Part shown: positions 12,905-26,598 of the stretch, piece after piece
Layout of the letters: each line of letters opens with the position of its first letter
Position numbering within the stretch: the stretch's first letter is position 1
DNA from: Malacoraja senta
Taxonomy: Eukaryota
NCBI GenBank assembly: GCA_038087875.1
Contig: CM075993.1
Span: 8,992,001 to 9,056,000, forward strand
Length of the DNA: 64,000 bases
Direction: 5' to 3'
Translations under genes and position numbers: made by a program
The notes under the pieces: generated by a model
The model's input: the letters and a program-made list of their open reading frames with translations, nothing else
Databases searched by the model: none
What the model was told of the DNA's origin: nothing

Positions 12905-13033
12905 ATGTTGATGAATGCACTATTTTAAATGGTGCTCTCTGCAGAAATGGACAGTGCATCAATACGATTGGAACATTCCAATGCCTGTGCCGTGATGGCT
13001 ATGAACTTACACCTGCTAGAAGAAGTTGTGTTG
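12905..13033 (+). CDS. FBN1: Fibrillin exon, cbEGF29
   Basis: aacag|...|gtaag, 129 bp; [43 protein letters not shown]. Confidence 0.95.
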
Positions 13034-13547
13034 GTAAGAAACATTAATAAATCAGATAGGATAATGTTAAAGCATTTTGACTTATTACTTTCAAACTTCT
13101 ATATTTACTACTAACTCAAATGTTATGCAAAAGCTACTAGGTTATAGCAAAGGACCACAATTTCCAATTCTTCATAAGACTTTAATCATTGTACAGCATT
13201 ACATTTTGTAAACTCTTCTTCGCCTTTCATTTGGCTCATTTTGGGTGTGGATAATTTTAGATGGATAATTACAGATAGTACTAATGAATGCTTAGAAAAC
13301 CACATTGCATTGACTGAAATGATGCAAGAGTTTGCCCATTTTGCTCTGAAGTGTTTAACAATACCAAAAAAGTAAGCATTTCATTGTTCCAGCCTAGACC
13401 ATGTTATTTATTAAAGCACCAGTTTGCAATTTATTCTTGAGTCATTAGAGAGAATGACAATCACCTCGATAAGGAAAGCTGACAAGTTAATCGTTTGCAG
13501 TGTATTTTAACATATAGGTTGGCAATCAAGCTATTGATTGGTAAAAA

Positions 13548-15303
13548 AGTGAGATGCTATGTCTCCAACTTTCCATCACCATATTTTCCATCTGTGAGTA
13601 ATTTAAGCATCAGTGGTTGGCCACTGGACATGGTAAAAGCTTGAACAAGCTTTTTCCTAACTCATTATAAATTATGGAATTGAGTGTTTCCGTAAATAAG
13701 GGTACCAACCTGTGACATAGCATGCCAAATTTGAAAGTTATTAAATCATAATGAAATACCACAGCATTCAAAATGGGCCTACCTATGATCCTTTTGAGCT
13801 AATTTGTGATCAAAATCGAACAAAATTTGACCAAAATTGAATACTTTCAGAATTTGCAGGGATAAAACGAGGAAAATAATTGTTTAAAAGTCATATGGGA
13901 CACTGTCCCTTATAATGATCTCCAAGATCCCTTGTAAAAAGTCAGCACATAACCCACCACGAGTCCCGTAGTTTACGTCAGGGTCATTACAATCACGTTG
14001 TTTGAATTTTTTTTTATCACGACGAGTGCAAAAAAAGTTATAGTATTGACGAGGTCAGACAACGGGAGGGACTACAGAATGAGACATCAATAAAATAGGT
14101 GAGCACACTAGATTTTTTGAAACAAAATTGCGTTTCTGCAGTCATCATCAAACAAAAAAACAAAAACACATAATTAACACAATTCCACACAAAACATCCA
14201 TCATAGTGAATCCCCAAACACCTCCTCACTGTGATGTAAGGCAAAAGTCTTATCTATTCCCTGTTCTCTGTGCCCATTCCTCTCCCGCAGTCAAGCAGCC
14301 AAACTGCCGCATCGAGCCGATCAAGGCTCCTGTTGTTAGATGTTAGAGGCCCCCCCCAGCGGGCAATGGTAAGTCCCGCGGCTGTTTAGGCCGCGCCGGG
14401 CGATTTAAGGCCCCACTCTGGGTCGATTTAAACCCCTCGATTCAGGCGGGCAAAGTTTCCCGTTGCAGGAGCTCCGAAAAGCGGTCTCCCACCAGGGACA
14501 CGCGAGCTCCCGATGTTACCGTCCACAGGGCCTGCAGCCGAAGCCTCCGAGCTCCGAAGTCGGGTCGCAGCCGCAGGCCACCACAGGGCTCCACACTCCA
14601 AAGTCGGCCAGCTCCGCGATGGCGAGTCCGCAGGCTCCACGACTGGAGCCCCAGGTCGATTCCGGTTGGAGGCCGCTGGCTCCACAATGTTAGGCCCAAC
14701 GACAACGGCAACGGAGACTCAACAAGAAAAAAGTTGGGTCCCCGTTCAGGGAAGAGATTAAAAAGTTTCCCCCGCCCCCCACATATACACAGCTAAAAAT
14801 AATATAAAAACAAAAACCAAGACATCCACTTAACAGCAAAAAAAGGCAGACGAACTGCAGAGGCCGCTGCCGACAGGCGCTGCCATCTTGTCTAAGATGT
14901 ACAAAAACGGTTACTCTGCTTTTAACTCACACGTTTCACACGTGACCAAAGGGACACTGCTACTCACGTTGTGCTGCAAAAACTTGGGGCATCAAAAAAC
15001 CCATCTCATCGGGTGATAAATCATGAAAATCATAAACATAATCAAAATTTGGCATAGAGTTATTTAACTGCAAAATTAATGGAATCTCTCTGGTATTAAT
15101 TAGCCTAAGCATTTCATGAAATTCTGCTTGAAAAATGTCACAAAACAAGGCAAGAAAATGTATTTATTTTTGCTTCATCTCATTATTTTAGCTATACACC
15201 ATGATCTAGACTACTTAAAATACAGGATATGAAACAATGGGAATATTACATAAAAAATCAGGAAAATAATCTGGAAGTTTGGAGAACTTCAGTAGCACTC
15301 ACT
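13548..15303. mobile_element. Old non-autonomous DNA transposon with imperfect TIRs (Kolobok-like, tentative)
   Basis: Left agtgagatgcta..tctccaactttcca; reverse complement of right end agtgagtgcta..tctccaaacttcca; flanks aaaa/tcaa could be decayed TTAA. Confidence 0.4.
14140..14890 (-). mobile_element. GC-rich non-autonomous retroelement (5' caagatggc; 3' module shared with 31690-32650 and 58797-58965)
   Basis: Shares ctcactgtgatg..ggcaaaagtctt module with the two other copies. Confidence 0.6.
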
Positions 15304-15329
15304 TCAACATGATAGGAAATCAGAGCATT

Positions 15330-17735
15330 TGTAGGAGCCAGTTACATCTTCCAGGACCTAAATAACCTCCCATAAATATTGGGGAGTAGAGGATTAAGTG
15401 AAAGGAGCTGAAATCAATATAAGTAGGGAAGTGATATTAGATGAAAATGTCTGGACTGAATCCTCACAGAGCCAAATTATCTAAATCCCAGAGTACCCAA
15501 GGAACTAGCCGTAATAGATGCATTGGAAGTTCTGCACACTCTTGGACAGTTCAAATGGATTGGAGGGTGGCATACCCCAATAATGCAAGAGAGGAAACTA
15601 GTTAGCCTGAGATCAATAGTTGGGAAAATGCAATTATCATTATAAAATATGTAATAGGAGAGCATTTGGAAAACAGGATGCAGTTGCAGGAGATAAGAAA
15701 GAAAACAAAAGGTATGTTGACCAGCAAGTAAGAGGATTTAAACATAGTAGCAGGGATATCTTATGCAATTGTACAATGCCTTGATGAAGCCCACTTTCAG
15801 TATGGTGTGCAGTTTTGATCTATTATCTAAAGAAGGATGTTTTTGCTCCAGAAAGAATGCATCGGAGTTCCATCAATCTTCGGAGTTCCATTCCAATTCC
15901 AGGGATGGCAAGCTGCCATATGAGGAGTTATCAAGCCGCTTAGCCTATATTCCCTCACGTTGGAATAATGAAAGAGAATTTTATAGAAACCTACAGGTCT
16001 GCGGCAAAAATATTCCCAATAATGAGGGAGCAGGGTCACAGTCTAATGACAAGGGATACAGTAAGTCATGTATGACTTGGGGATGAGGAAAGTTTCTTCA
16101 CACAGAATTCTCCAATACAGAAAGAGTTTGAAGCCAAATCAGTTAAGTATATTCAGGAAGGAGTTTCTATTCTTTGATACCAGCAACATGCCTGAAATCA
16201 AGAGAGTCGGGGTGGAAGTTAGTGGAGTGGCCATTACATAGGAGAAGGTGCCTTGGAAGCTGAAAGGGCTGAAGGTGGATGTCACCTGGACTGCACCCGA
16301 GGGTTCTGAAAGAGGCGACTTTAGGGATTGTGGAGGCATTATTAGTGATATTTCAAGAATCACTAGAGTCGGGAGTGGTTTCAGACGATTGGAAAATTGC
16401 CAATATTACCCCACTACACAAGAAGGGAGCAAAGCCGAATAGTGGGAACTATAGGTTAGTTTGACTTTGGTGGTTGGTAAGATTTTAGAGTCCATTATAA
16501 AGGATGAGGTTACGGAGTTCTTAGAAGTTCGCGCTAAAATAGGCCAAAGTCAGCATGGTTTTGTGAAGGGAAGATCTTGCCTGACGAATCTGCTGGAATT
16601 CTTTGACAAGGGGAGACAAAGGAGAGTCTGTAGATGTTGTTTACCTAGATTTTCAGAAAGCCTTTTAATAAAGTGCCACACGTGAGGCTGCGAAGGAAGA
16701 TGAGAGCCCATGGTCTCAAAGCAGATACTAGCATGAATAGCAGGTTGGCTGGATGGCAGAAAGCAAAGAGTGGCAGTGAAGGGTGCTTTTTCTTATTGGC
16801 TGCCAGTGACTCACGGTGTTCCACAAGGGTCAGTGCTGGGGCCGCTATTCTTCACGTTGTATATTCATGATTTGGATGAGGGATTTATAAGCTTTGTGGC
16901 CAGGTTTGCAGATGATACAAATATAGGTGGAGGGGCAGGTAGTATAGAGAGAGCAGGGACTCTGCAGAAGGACTTGGACAGGTTGGGATAGTGGGCAGAT
17001 GGAATATGTAGCAAAGTGTGGGGTCATGCATTTTGGTAATAGGAATAAAGGCGTAGACTATTTTCTAAATGGCGAGAAAACCCAAAACTCAGAGGTGCAA
17101 AGGGAGTTGGGAGTGCTAGTGCAGGATTCCGCAAAACGTAATCTGCAAGTCGAATAAAGAAAGCAAACGCAATGCTAGTATTTATTTCACGAAGACTAGA
17201 ATACCAAAACAGGGATGTAATGCTGAGGCTCGATAAGGTGCTGGTCAGGCTGCATTTGGAGTATTGTGAGCAATTTTGGGCAGCATACTGTATCTGAGGA
17301 AGGATGTGCTGGCTCTGAAGAGAGTCCAGAGGAGGTTTACAAGAATGATCCCGGGGGAACTCATTGAAACGTACCGAATATTAAAAGGCTTGGATAGAGT
17401 GGGTGTGGAGAGGATGTTTCCACTAGTGGGAGAGTCTAGGACTAGCCTCAGAATTAAAGGATGTTCCTTCAGGAAGGAGATGAGGAGGAATGTCTTTAGT
17501 CAGAGGGTGATGAATCTGTGGAATTCTTTGCCACAGAAGGTTGTGGAGGCCGTCAATTGATATTTTTATGGCAGATTATCCTTTTAAGGCAAGATTCTTG
17601 ATTAGTATGGGTGTCAGGGGTTATGGGGAGAAGGCAAGAGAATGGGGTTGGAGGGAGAGATAAATCAGCCATGATTGAATGGCGGACTGGACTTGATGAG
17701 CCGAATGGCCTAATTCTGCTCCTACCCTTATGACC
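15330..17735 (+). mobile_element. Two degraded CR1 LINE fragments (about 15330-16150 and 16165-17735)
   Basis: Broken ORFs with NYRLV, QHGFVKGRSCLTNLLEFF, GVPQGSVLGP, FADDT, FSQRVMNLWNSLP; CR1-type 3' tail. Confidence 0.9.
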
Positions 17736-18085
17736 TTAAGACTGCTGTATTTAAGTGTCACAGAACAAATATGATGAATAGTATAAAATGGTTTATATTT
17801 ATATTTCAATTTAATTATGGAAAATGCATTTTTAAAGGTGCCAAATAATGTTGGTGTTTGAATACAGAGCTTTAAGATGCACATGAAGAGCCGTTTGATT
17901 TTCAGCTCCCCTTAGTAGAAATTGCAATACATGTTACAAGCTGCTTCCAGGAAGTTATGAAATATTTCAAACTTAGCACAAAAAGTAAACATGTTTGCTT
18001 GGAAACATTGCTTTGCAATGGTAATATTGAATGGGATTACAGCAATTTACATCTATGATTTACTATTTTACTCTTAACTCAACAG

Positions 18086-18205
18086 ATGTCAATGAATGTT
18101 TGATTGTACCTCGTCCTTGTGCACCAGGCACCTGTCAAAACTTGGATGGCTCCTATAGATGTATCTGTCCTCCTGGATACTCACTGAAAGATGAGAAGTG
18201 TATTG
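18086..18205 (+). CDS. FBN1: Fibrillin exon, cbEGF30
   Basis: aacag|...|gtaag, 120 bp; [40 protein letters not shown]. Confidence 0.95.
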
Positions 18206-18669
18206 GTAAGGAATTTATTTTTGTTTTGAAAGAGGTAAAGGGCTGGAATTTGTGTGGCACCACCGTTATTTTTTCACAGAGAATAGTTGACCAAGAACTT
18301 GAAAGGAGCAAACACTGACATCTCCAGAAGTACCCTGTCTGCCACTTAGATACTAGAAAATAGTGTGGCGTTGGCTCGTATTCAAATTAGGAACAGAATT
18401 CTTAATGTATGTTAATGTGAGATTTTTTTTAGGAACAGAATTCTTAATTATGTTAATGTGAACAATTCTTTTCATCACGAGTATTTTTTTACTCGTGGAC
18501 ATTTTTCACAGTGTTGAAAAAACGTCACGAGTTTTCCGGATTTCCCGCGTACCTACCGTTACTTGTATGAGCCGCTACGTGACATCCACGAACTACTACG
18601 TACATTACACGAGCTTGAATCAGGGGAGAACTCGGGAGAACTCTTGAATTACCTCGTACAGGGCCCTTT

Positions 18670-19100
18670 AGGCCCCTCGTAATTTTATACAGTATATTCT
18701 CAGGCACCTCTCAGTATCCTACATTCTTGTAAGAATAAACCCACCATATCCAGTTTTTCTTTATAACTACAACTTTTTGTTCCAGGCAACATTCTGCAGA
18801 ATCTCTTCTCTATTCTTTCGATCGCTAACACATCATTCCTGTAATGTGGTGACCAGAATTGTACACAGTACTCCAAATATGGTCTAACCGATGTTTTGTA
18901 AATCTGCAACATGATGTCCCAACTGTTATTTATAATCAATACCTCCGCCTATAAAGCCAAACACTACCTTAGCCACCTGTGTCACTGCTTTCAGCGAGCT
19001 CTGGACTTGCACCTAAGGATCCTTATGTATGTCAACATTCCTAAGATGCCTGTCATTTACTCTACGTCCGACCAGGATTTGACATGCTAAAGTGCATTTT
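18670..19100 (-). mobile_element. Degraded CR1 fragment
   Basis: ORF with VRPYLEYCVQFWSPHYRNDVLAIERI. Confidence 0.8.
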
Positions 19101-19241
19101 CTGGATGAATCAGACATCCTACTGTGCTCAGTTCTTAATTTGCATTTCTCCATTAGCCTTTCTAAGACAGGTGAGAAAAGGGTTAGAGTGATCTCAGCTT
19201 GCTTTATACACAACCCATTTACAATTTTATACCAGCAAATA

Positions 19242-19560
19242 AGGGTGGCATAGTGGCCAGCTGTTAAAGCTGCTGCCTCACAACACTAGAGACCAGGATT
19301 GGATCCTGTCCTCGGTTGCTGACTGTGTAGAGCTTGCATGTTCTCCCTATGACTGTGTGGGTTTCTTCCGGGTACTCCGGTTTTCTCCCACATCCCAAAG
19401 ACCTGCAGTTTGTAGATTAATTGGTCACTGTAACATTGCTCCTAGTGTGTAGGGAGTGCACGAGAAAGAGGGAAACCATAGAACTAGTGTTAAAGGGTGA
19501 TCGATGGTCAGCATGGACTCAGTGGGCCAAAGGGCCTGCTTCCCTGCTGTATCTCTAAAC
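19242..19560 (+). mobile_element. tRNA-derived V-SINE (HE1-like)
   Basis: tRNA-like head, V-domain-like core tgcatgttctccc..tgggtttcttccgggtactccggttttctcccacatcccaaagac, CR1-like tail ctgtatctctaaac. Confidence 0.75.
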
Positions 19561-20046
19561 TGATCTAAAATACTAGATTATCTGAATAATTTATCATTAA
19601 TCAAAAAGGTATTCCACAAGTTTATTTAGATCTGGCTCCCTTCCTCTTGTTCAGAGGCTAATACACCGAGAGGGAAGTAAGACCTACCAGCTTCACCTTA
19701 ACGTCATACTGCAGCATACCACTGCCCTCCTGATTGTGGCCTCTCTCCCTGATCCATCTACTTCCCAATTTGACAACGCCTTGATGTTAAACTAGCATAA
19801 GGCCTCTTTTTTACTATTCGGTAGCTGTGCGGATGTCAACTTGGATGGCCTTGGTGTGTAAAACAGAAGATAGAGAACAATAACAAGGTTTTGCATTGAG
19901 ATAGATGGAATTTTCCATATTTATGGTCTTACCCTATGTACGCCATTGTAAATATTGGGTCATCCAGCACAAATGTTTCAAACTACAACATTCTTCCATA
20001 ACAAATAATGAATGTTGCCACACTGAGATCTTATTTTGTTTTTAAG

Positions 20047-20172
20047 ATATTGATGAATGTTCATCCGATCCTGGGTTATGTGAAGCTGGCACATGCAGAA
20101 ATACTGAAGGAAGCTACACTTGCCGTTGTGCACAAGGATCTGTACTATCGCAAAATAGAAGAAAATGCATTG
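20047..20172 (+). CDS. FBN1: Fibrillin exon, cbEGF31
   Basis: ttaag|...|gtgag, 126 bp; [42 protein letters not shown]. Confidence 0.93.
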
Positions 20173-20974
20173 GTGAGCCTGTAATAATAATCATCCATAA
20201 TTAATAAAACCTCTACTCCATGATTAAAATGTTTAAATGTGTGTGCATCGTATAGAGCTTCTATCAGAGAATATTAAATAAAGAATTGATTTCTCTCACA
20301 TCCATAGATAAAGAGAATATAGAATCCCTAAACTCTCCCTGGGAGATATATAAAGATTGCCAAAGTGTGTGGTTAGAAGTCAGATAAATTTTAATGCTGA
20401 GAATTGCAGGTATATTTGATTAGAAAGAATGAAAAGGGACAATTTTAAATTACGGGTACGATTCAAAATGCGAGACAAGATCAGAGTGATCTGGGAGTGG
20501 GGAAAGTTAGTTTAAATTGATACAGGATCTGGGCCTTTATAAAGAAAGAAAGACAAAGAAGTCATGATGAACCTTTATAGTACATGGGTTTGACCACAGG
20601 TGAAGTATTGTGTCCAGTTCTCATGCATTTTTGGAAGGATGTGTGCATCCTAGAGGGGATAAGAAAATATTTACAAGAATGCTTCCGGGGAAAGGAGAGT
20701 TGAATTAAAAGATTAAAGTGAAAAAAAAGATTTTTTTTTAAGGAATATATGTTCAGTGGAGATTTGATGGAGCTGTATAATATGAAGTGCTGATCCTGGA
20801 GCTTAGATTGGACTTTGTTGGAATGGGATGTGGCCAAAAACAAAGATGTCAAAATGGGTGCGAGATGGAAAATTCAAGTAAAGCAACTTGAAGTTCAGAG
20901 TGTCAGTTGGGAATTAAGCAAAGTTTTTATGCAAAATGCACCTCCCCCCAAATCTGTGTTTGGTTTCTATGATA

Positions 20975-21402
20975 TATCCGAGTTTTATTCTTGTTTCTCA
21001 GTCTCATAATGGCTTAATGACTTTCATTGGCACAACTTTGGTCCTCATGTTAATAAGCAGCAACAAAAGTTTCCAACGGTGATGGAAAGACTGGAGGAAA
21101 AACTAGGTGCTGAGAGCTCTTATACTTACATTAAGGATGCAATTAAGCACACCTGAGCAATTACAAACGCCTGTGAAGCAATGTCCCAAACATTATGGTG
21201 CCCTGAAATGGGGGGACTATGTATAAACACAGCTGTTATTTCTACATGATGAAACCAAAATGTGTAAAAATGGCCTTTATTAAAATCTGACAATGTGCAC
21301 TTTAACCATGTGAATTTTTTCTATTACAAATCTCAAATTGTGGAGAACAGAGGCAAATAAATAAATGATGGGTCTTTGTCCCGAACATTATGGACGGCAT
21401 TG
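20975..21402 (-). mobile_element. Tc1-like transposon 5' end fragment (one IR/DR arm plus transposase start)
   Basis: Direct repeat tgtccc(a/g)aacattatgg at ~21182 and ~21377 (IR/DR spacing); minus strand ATG AGG ACC AAA GTT (MRTKV) near 21048. Confidence 0.6.
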
Positions 21403-22182
21403 TTTGTGTGTACTTGTGTGTATGTATATATACACACTGAACATTTTTTTCTCTCTTGTTTATTATATCGTTTACAGTGTACTATGTTTACATATTCTGT
21501 TGTGCTGCAGCAAGTAAGAATGTCATTGTTCTATCTGGGACAAATGACAATAAAACTCTCTTGACTCTTGAATCTAATGTCTGTGAGGGTTTTGGAATCA
21601 GTCAAAATGTTCAATGGTAGGTTTGGAGAGATATGGGCCAAAAAGCAGGCAAGTGGGACTAGTGTAAATGGGACATGTTGGTCAGCGTGGGCAAGTTGGA
21701 CCAAAGGGCCTGTTTCCACAATCTATGACTATGTAATTGGATGGGCATTTAAGGGGAAATTAATTGCTGGGAAATGGGAATCATGGGATGTAAGAGTAGG
21801 TAGAAAATGACACTGAGGGAGAAGACCAACTATGTTCTTGATGAATGGAAACGCAGGCTCCAAGGACCAGGTGCTCTTATTTCTTATGTTCCTATGAAGG
21901 TTGTGTTCCCTGTGCAAAGATGGTCAAACTCATCAGAGATAAATTTATTGTTGAATCCTTGAGGATGAGGGACATAGTGTAATTTCAGAATTAAAATGTT
22001 CATGTCTGAAATCATGTATCTGCCCTGTTATTGTTCATCTCACAAGATATAATAAAAACATGTTAAAGTAGTTCATTTGTCCTAAGTATTCATGACCACA
22101 TAATTCTTACAATGAGTATCATAAATTGTTGCAGAAGTACTTATTTAGTACTGACACTTTCAATTTTTTATTTCATTTATAG

Positions 22183-22335
22183 ATGTGAGAGAGAGCTTTT
22201 GCTTCTCTAAATTTGAGAATGGTGTGTGTTCTGCACCCAAGTACAGAAACATCACAAAATTTACGTGTTGTTGCAGCTTCATGCCAGGTGAAGGATGGGG
22301 TGTACCTTGTGAGATCTGCCCCAAAAAATCAGAAG
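22183..22335 (+). CDS. FBN1: Fibrillin exon, TB6 part 1
   Basis: tatag|...|gtaag, 153 bp; [51 protein letters not shown]. Confidence 0.95.
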
Positions 22336-23211
22336 GTAAGCACATGGCAGTGCACTAAATTCATATCTACAAATGAACTAATTCAAATACATATGTGGAT
22401 AAAGTTTTGAATGTCCATGCTATTATTTTTTAAATTAAACAGGCATACTAATTTTAGGCCTGTTGGGATGAATTATGTTGGCAGTGCCTGGTAGTTTCAG
22501 TGGGTACCGAGGTGTTCAGCTCCCAAATTGTAAGTCCCAGATTCCTGCGTAACTGGTGCCAGCCAGAACTGCACTTAGATCATAGTTCCCATACATTTGC
22601 ATAATGATTCTTCACCAGAGGATTAAGAGTTACTTATTTATACAAGGTAACAATTGATTTTTAGTAACAAAAAATAACTGCTGGAGGAACGCAGCGGGTG
22701 AGGTAGCATCTGTGGGGGGGAAAGGAATTGTTAATGTTTTGTGTCAACACCCTCATCAAAATGTGAAGAATATTGCTTCAAGAAGTCTAAATATTTTTTT
22801 AACATCTCTGAGCATCGCAAACGTTTAAATACTGTGCCAAAGCCCTGCCAGTTATGACAAGAGGCAATGTTCCATCCCTGTCCATTCCCCCAACAAAGTG
22901 GTTTTCATGCATGTCCAGTATCTGAGGTCTCAGAGGAATGCTGCCTAGGGCATACTTGCCACTGAGGCCTCAGTATGTCTTGCCAAACATTCCACATTCC
23001 AAGGGTCAGCTCAGGCAGCCTAGATAAACACAAACAATATGGCACAATTAAATATAATTGAATTAGAATAATATTATGTAATGGAATCATTTTTCAGAAG
23101 TAACCCAGGCCTGTCTGAACAAATATAACTTAAAACTCCAAAGAAGAATGATGATGCCTAGACAACCAACAACCACCACAAATTCTAAAGGAGTAGATTC
23201 TTGCATACTAA

Positions 23212-23408
23212 AAGGCCTGTCCCACTTGGGTGTCATTTGCGCGTCATGCAGATGGCGCACAAAGATTTTGTACATCCCAAAATCCTGGGGCGGTGCGCGC
23301 AATCGCGCGTAACTGCCAACGTCGCCATGCGTGCATCACGACGCTCGCGTCCTGCGTCGTGATGCGTAAATGATGTCACGCAAATGACACCCAAGTGGGG
23401 TAGGCCCT
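23212..23408. mobile_element. Palindromic MITE (PIF/Harbinger-like)
   Basis: TIRs aaggcctgtcccacttgggtgtcatttgcg / cgcaaatgacacccaagtggggtaggccct with TAA on both sides. Confidence 0.75.
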
Positions 23409-23892
23409 TAAGCTTTTAACATTTTTGAGGAAGTTTTGTCCTGTGCACTGTCAAAATCTTACAATTTTATATCTAAAAGCACTGCGAATATCTTCACCAC
23501 TAGTACAAGCAGCAGTATATGAAGGATTGACGTCAGAGAATTCTTCCCATGGATGGACTTCAAGATAATAACAATACAACTGCAAGCTTACTTAAGAGGC
23601 AGATGATATGATAGTCTGTTGGAAATTCTTCCAATTCTATTAAGTCAGACCAGATCTCCACAGGATTAACCTGTCTAATCCCACTAGCCCACTGTCCTCT
23701 CCACTGCTACTGTAACGCCACATCTCATTCGTGCCTGTTTGTCTTCTCCAGTCGCATTGTTGGATTTTCATTCTCTGACATGTCACAGAAGAGAGGTGAT
23801 GACCTATGCACAGACACATCTGATTTCAAGGGTACATCTGTAAATCCATTTTGTAACACTTAGTTGATTTAGCTTTTTCAATTTCATTGTAG

Positions 23893-23961
23893 ATGCATTT
23901 GGAAAACTGTGCACCAGTGGCTTAGTGGGAATTACAATTGATAGAGATGGTGCACAAGTAG
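23893..23961 (+). CDS. FBN1: Fibrillin exon, TB6 part 2 / linker
   Basis: tgtag|...|gtaag, 69 bp, frame-preserving; DAFGKLCTSGLVGITIDRDGAQV supplies the 8th TB cysteine. Confidence 0.85.
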
Positions 23962-24446
23962 GTAAGGTCTGATATTTCTTGTATTTACTGTGGAATTAAA
24001 GTAATTGCCTGTTTGAATGCCTGCAATTGAAAACTTAATGAAATCAAGATACATGATATATATATAATTATAGTCAACAATCCATTTGAAACGAATTGCT
24101 TGATGTATAGTAGTTGCATCTTTTCCTTCTTGTGGCTATAAAATTGACCAATTTGGAAAAATATATATTATACTTGAGAATTTACTACCACAAGAAAGAA
24201 TAATCCATGAAGCAGGCAATTGAGAGCTTTGCTCTATATAGTGAGGAAACAGCAATCAATTTCCTGAAGGAAATTCTGCTATGTGTCTTTTTTTTAATAT
24301 TAGACTTTTGATTATTGGATTTGTTTTATTGATTTTTATAAAGTAGATGCATTCATTTAAAATGTGAATCAATTTAATAATTGGCGATATTATATTTCCA
24401 CTGACAATTGAACTATAAACTTTTCTACATTTTTCCTTGGTGAAAG

Positions 24447-24572
24447 ACACGGATGAATGTTCTATAAACCCAGGAATGTGTCAAAACGGGCAGTGCATCA
24501 ACACTGATGGTTCCTTCCGCTGTGAATGTCCATTTGGTTTCAGTATCGATTATAGTGGAATCAAGTGCGTAG
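24447..24572 (+). CDS. FBN1: Fibrillin exon, cbEGF32
   Basis: gaaag|...|gtgag, 126 bp; [42 protein letters not shown]. Confidence 0.95.
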
Positions 24573-25374
24573 GTGAGTTCCCTTCAATTGCCAAGAAAAC
24601 AAATAATACAACTAATATTCTTTGTTATCATGTCACTTTCCAAATGGGCAATTGCTGTCTGGTTTAAGATTCATAGTAACAATTATACCTCCCTCCAACA
24701 TTATTTATGTTATTAACTGTGGACCACAATGAAGTCAAGTATTATGGGAACAGCAACAATTTTGATCTCACTTGAGGGAAATTGCCAAAACATAGCAAAA
24801 CTTCATTATTTTTAAATGGGAAATGGCACTGAATTCCTAGTGGCAAGGAAGTGATGTAATATATAAGTGAGATGTTAGAGAACAGCCCGAGTTATTTTCA
24901 GTCCTTACTTTAACTTGACGTGTTTTTCTATTAAAGGTGATAACTTCATCAGGAAAGTAAACATTTCCTGTATAATATATACCTTATATTTTGTAACAAA
25001 GTTTGACAGTATCAGCCAGAAATTCTATCTATTTCACTTCCTTTGGCCCCAACACCAAGTACATCAGCGTGAGGTAGGTGCCTTGATCACATGTTGACAG
25101 AAATGAGGCCAGTGTTGACATTGCACTTTAAAGTCTACATTACAATGGCGTACCCCGTATATATGCAAAAAATTAGCACAGCTCATTTTAGAAATATCAA
25201 TCTCGGTCAAACAGGCATGAAGTTTTGGAAATAGCAGTAGTATACATCTTTTTAAACAAATAAATTCTAGATTATGTAGCTGCTACATTAAGCTGGAAGT
25301 GGAACTACTTTCAAACAGGTCAGAGAATGTAAGGCCAAGAGGTTGCATTTTATGTCCTATTTCCTATGCAACAG

Positions 25375-25494
25375 ATACCGATGAATGCTCTGTTGGTAAT
25401 CCCTGTGGCAATGGAACATGTACTAACGTTATCGGAGGATTTGAGTGTGCATGTGAAGATGGATTTGAACCAGGACCCATGATGACTTGTGAAG
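25375..25494 (+). CDS. FBN1: Fibrillin exon, cbEGF33
   Basis: aacag|...|gtaac, 120 bp; [40 protein letters not shown]. Confidence 0.96.
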
Positions 25495-26475
25495 GTAACT
25501 TTTTTTATTTCATTTTATTTCTACACAAGTTATAATATAAAGTCCTGGTTTTTGACTTTACACTGCTGTTTATTTTGGTGTATGTGAATAAAAATTATCA
25601 GAGTGAAACATGAAATCAGATTTTACCAGAGTGAAATGTGAAATTGATCATTTCAGGAGTTTTGCAGAGAAATTAGACTGCATTGTTCAGTGGAGCAGCC
25701 ATCATTTGTCACTTCCAGAGCGATTAAGTGTTATTTGTACTTCTATTTCAACCTGAAATTCCCATGACCTGCCCACCTCAAGATCCAGACCCTCTAATTT
25801 CCCTGAGGTCCAATCCCTTGCTGCTTTCATTGCCCCAGGGTCCCAGCAATCCAACGACACTTGGTCATCGAACATCAAGTCAATTTGTGATTTTGTCATA
25901 TAAGTCCCCAATGCTCTCTTCCCAACTCTCTCCAGCTACCTTTGCCTTATCATGATACAGGTGGTTCAATGGAGCTCCCTTGTTTCCCGCTCCTCCAATG
26001 GCTGACCTGATCGTGGCACATAAATGAGAAGATGTAACCACAGTTTAGTATCTTTGGAATTAGTTGAAATATGGGCACAGCATCCAACAGCTAGATCATA
26101 TTCTGAGCACAGAAGATCAGAGTTTCTAAGCCTACATTTTCAATTGGTCTAGATCAGTGAGATCTTTTAATTGTGACTGGAGGCAGAGGTGTGGACACAC
26201 CAAATGGCATGGTCTGCTACGATGAGGAGCAAAGCAAAATTTGATTATTTTTTATACGTGTCTAGTCAGATTGGCCAAGCACATGTTTACTGAGGTGATG
26301 AAGTTTGAATTGAGTTCAGTTTAAATGCATCGCTATATATTCAGTGATGTGCTAGATAGTCGACACACTCAATTAAATATAAATTGAAAGCAAAATTGAA
26401 TGGCATTAAGTGCATTGCACAATAAAGTTTGAGAATGCAAGATAACATTTTATTATTATTTCTTTCCAATAACAG

Positions 26476-26598
26476 ACATAAATGAATGTGCACAAAATCC
26501 TCTGCTTTGTGCATTCCGTTGTGTTAATATCATAGGAGGATATGAATGTAAATGTCCTACTGGTTATATTCTCAGACAAGATGGAAAGATGTGTCGAG
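26476..26598 (+). CDS. FBN1: Fibrillin exon, cbEGF34
   Basis: aacag|...|gtaaa, 123 bp; [41 protein letters not shown]. Confidence 0.95.

Noticed and set aside
18465..18670. Second Harbinger-like MITE
   Set aside because: Only one possible terminus (acagggcccttta) visible; no matching end or TSD
19242..19320. tRNA gene
   Set aside because: Degenerate tRNA-like head continuous with a SINE body and tail
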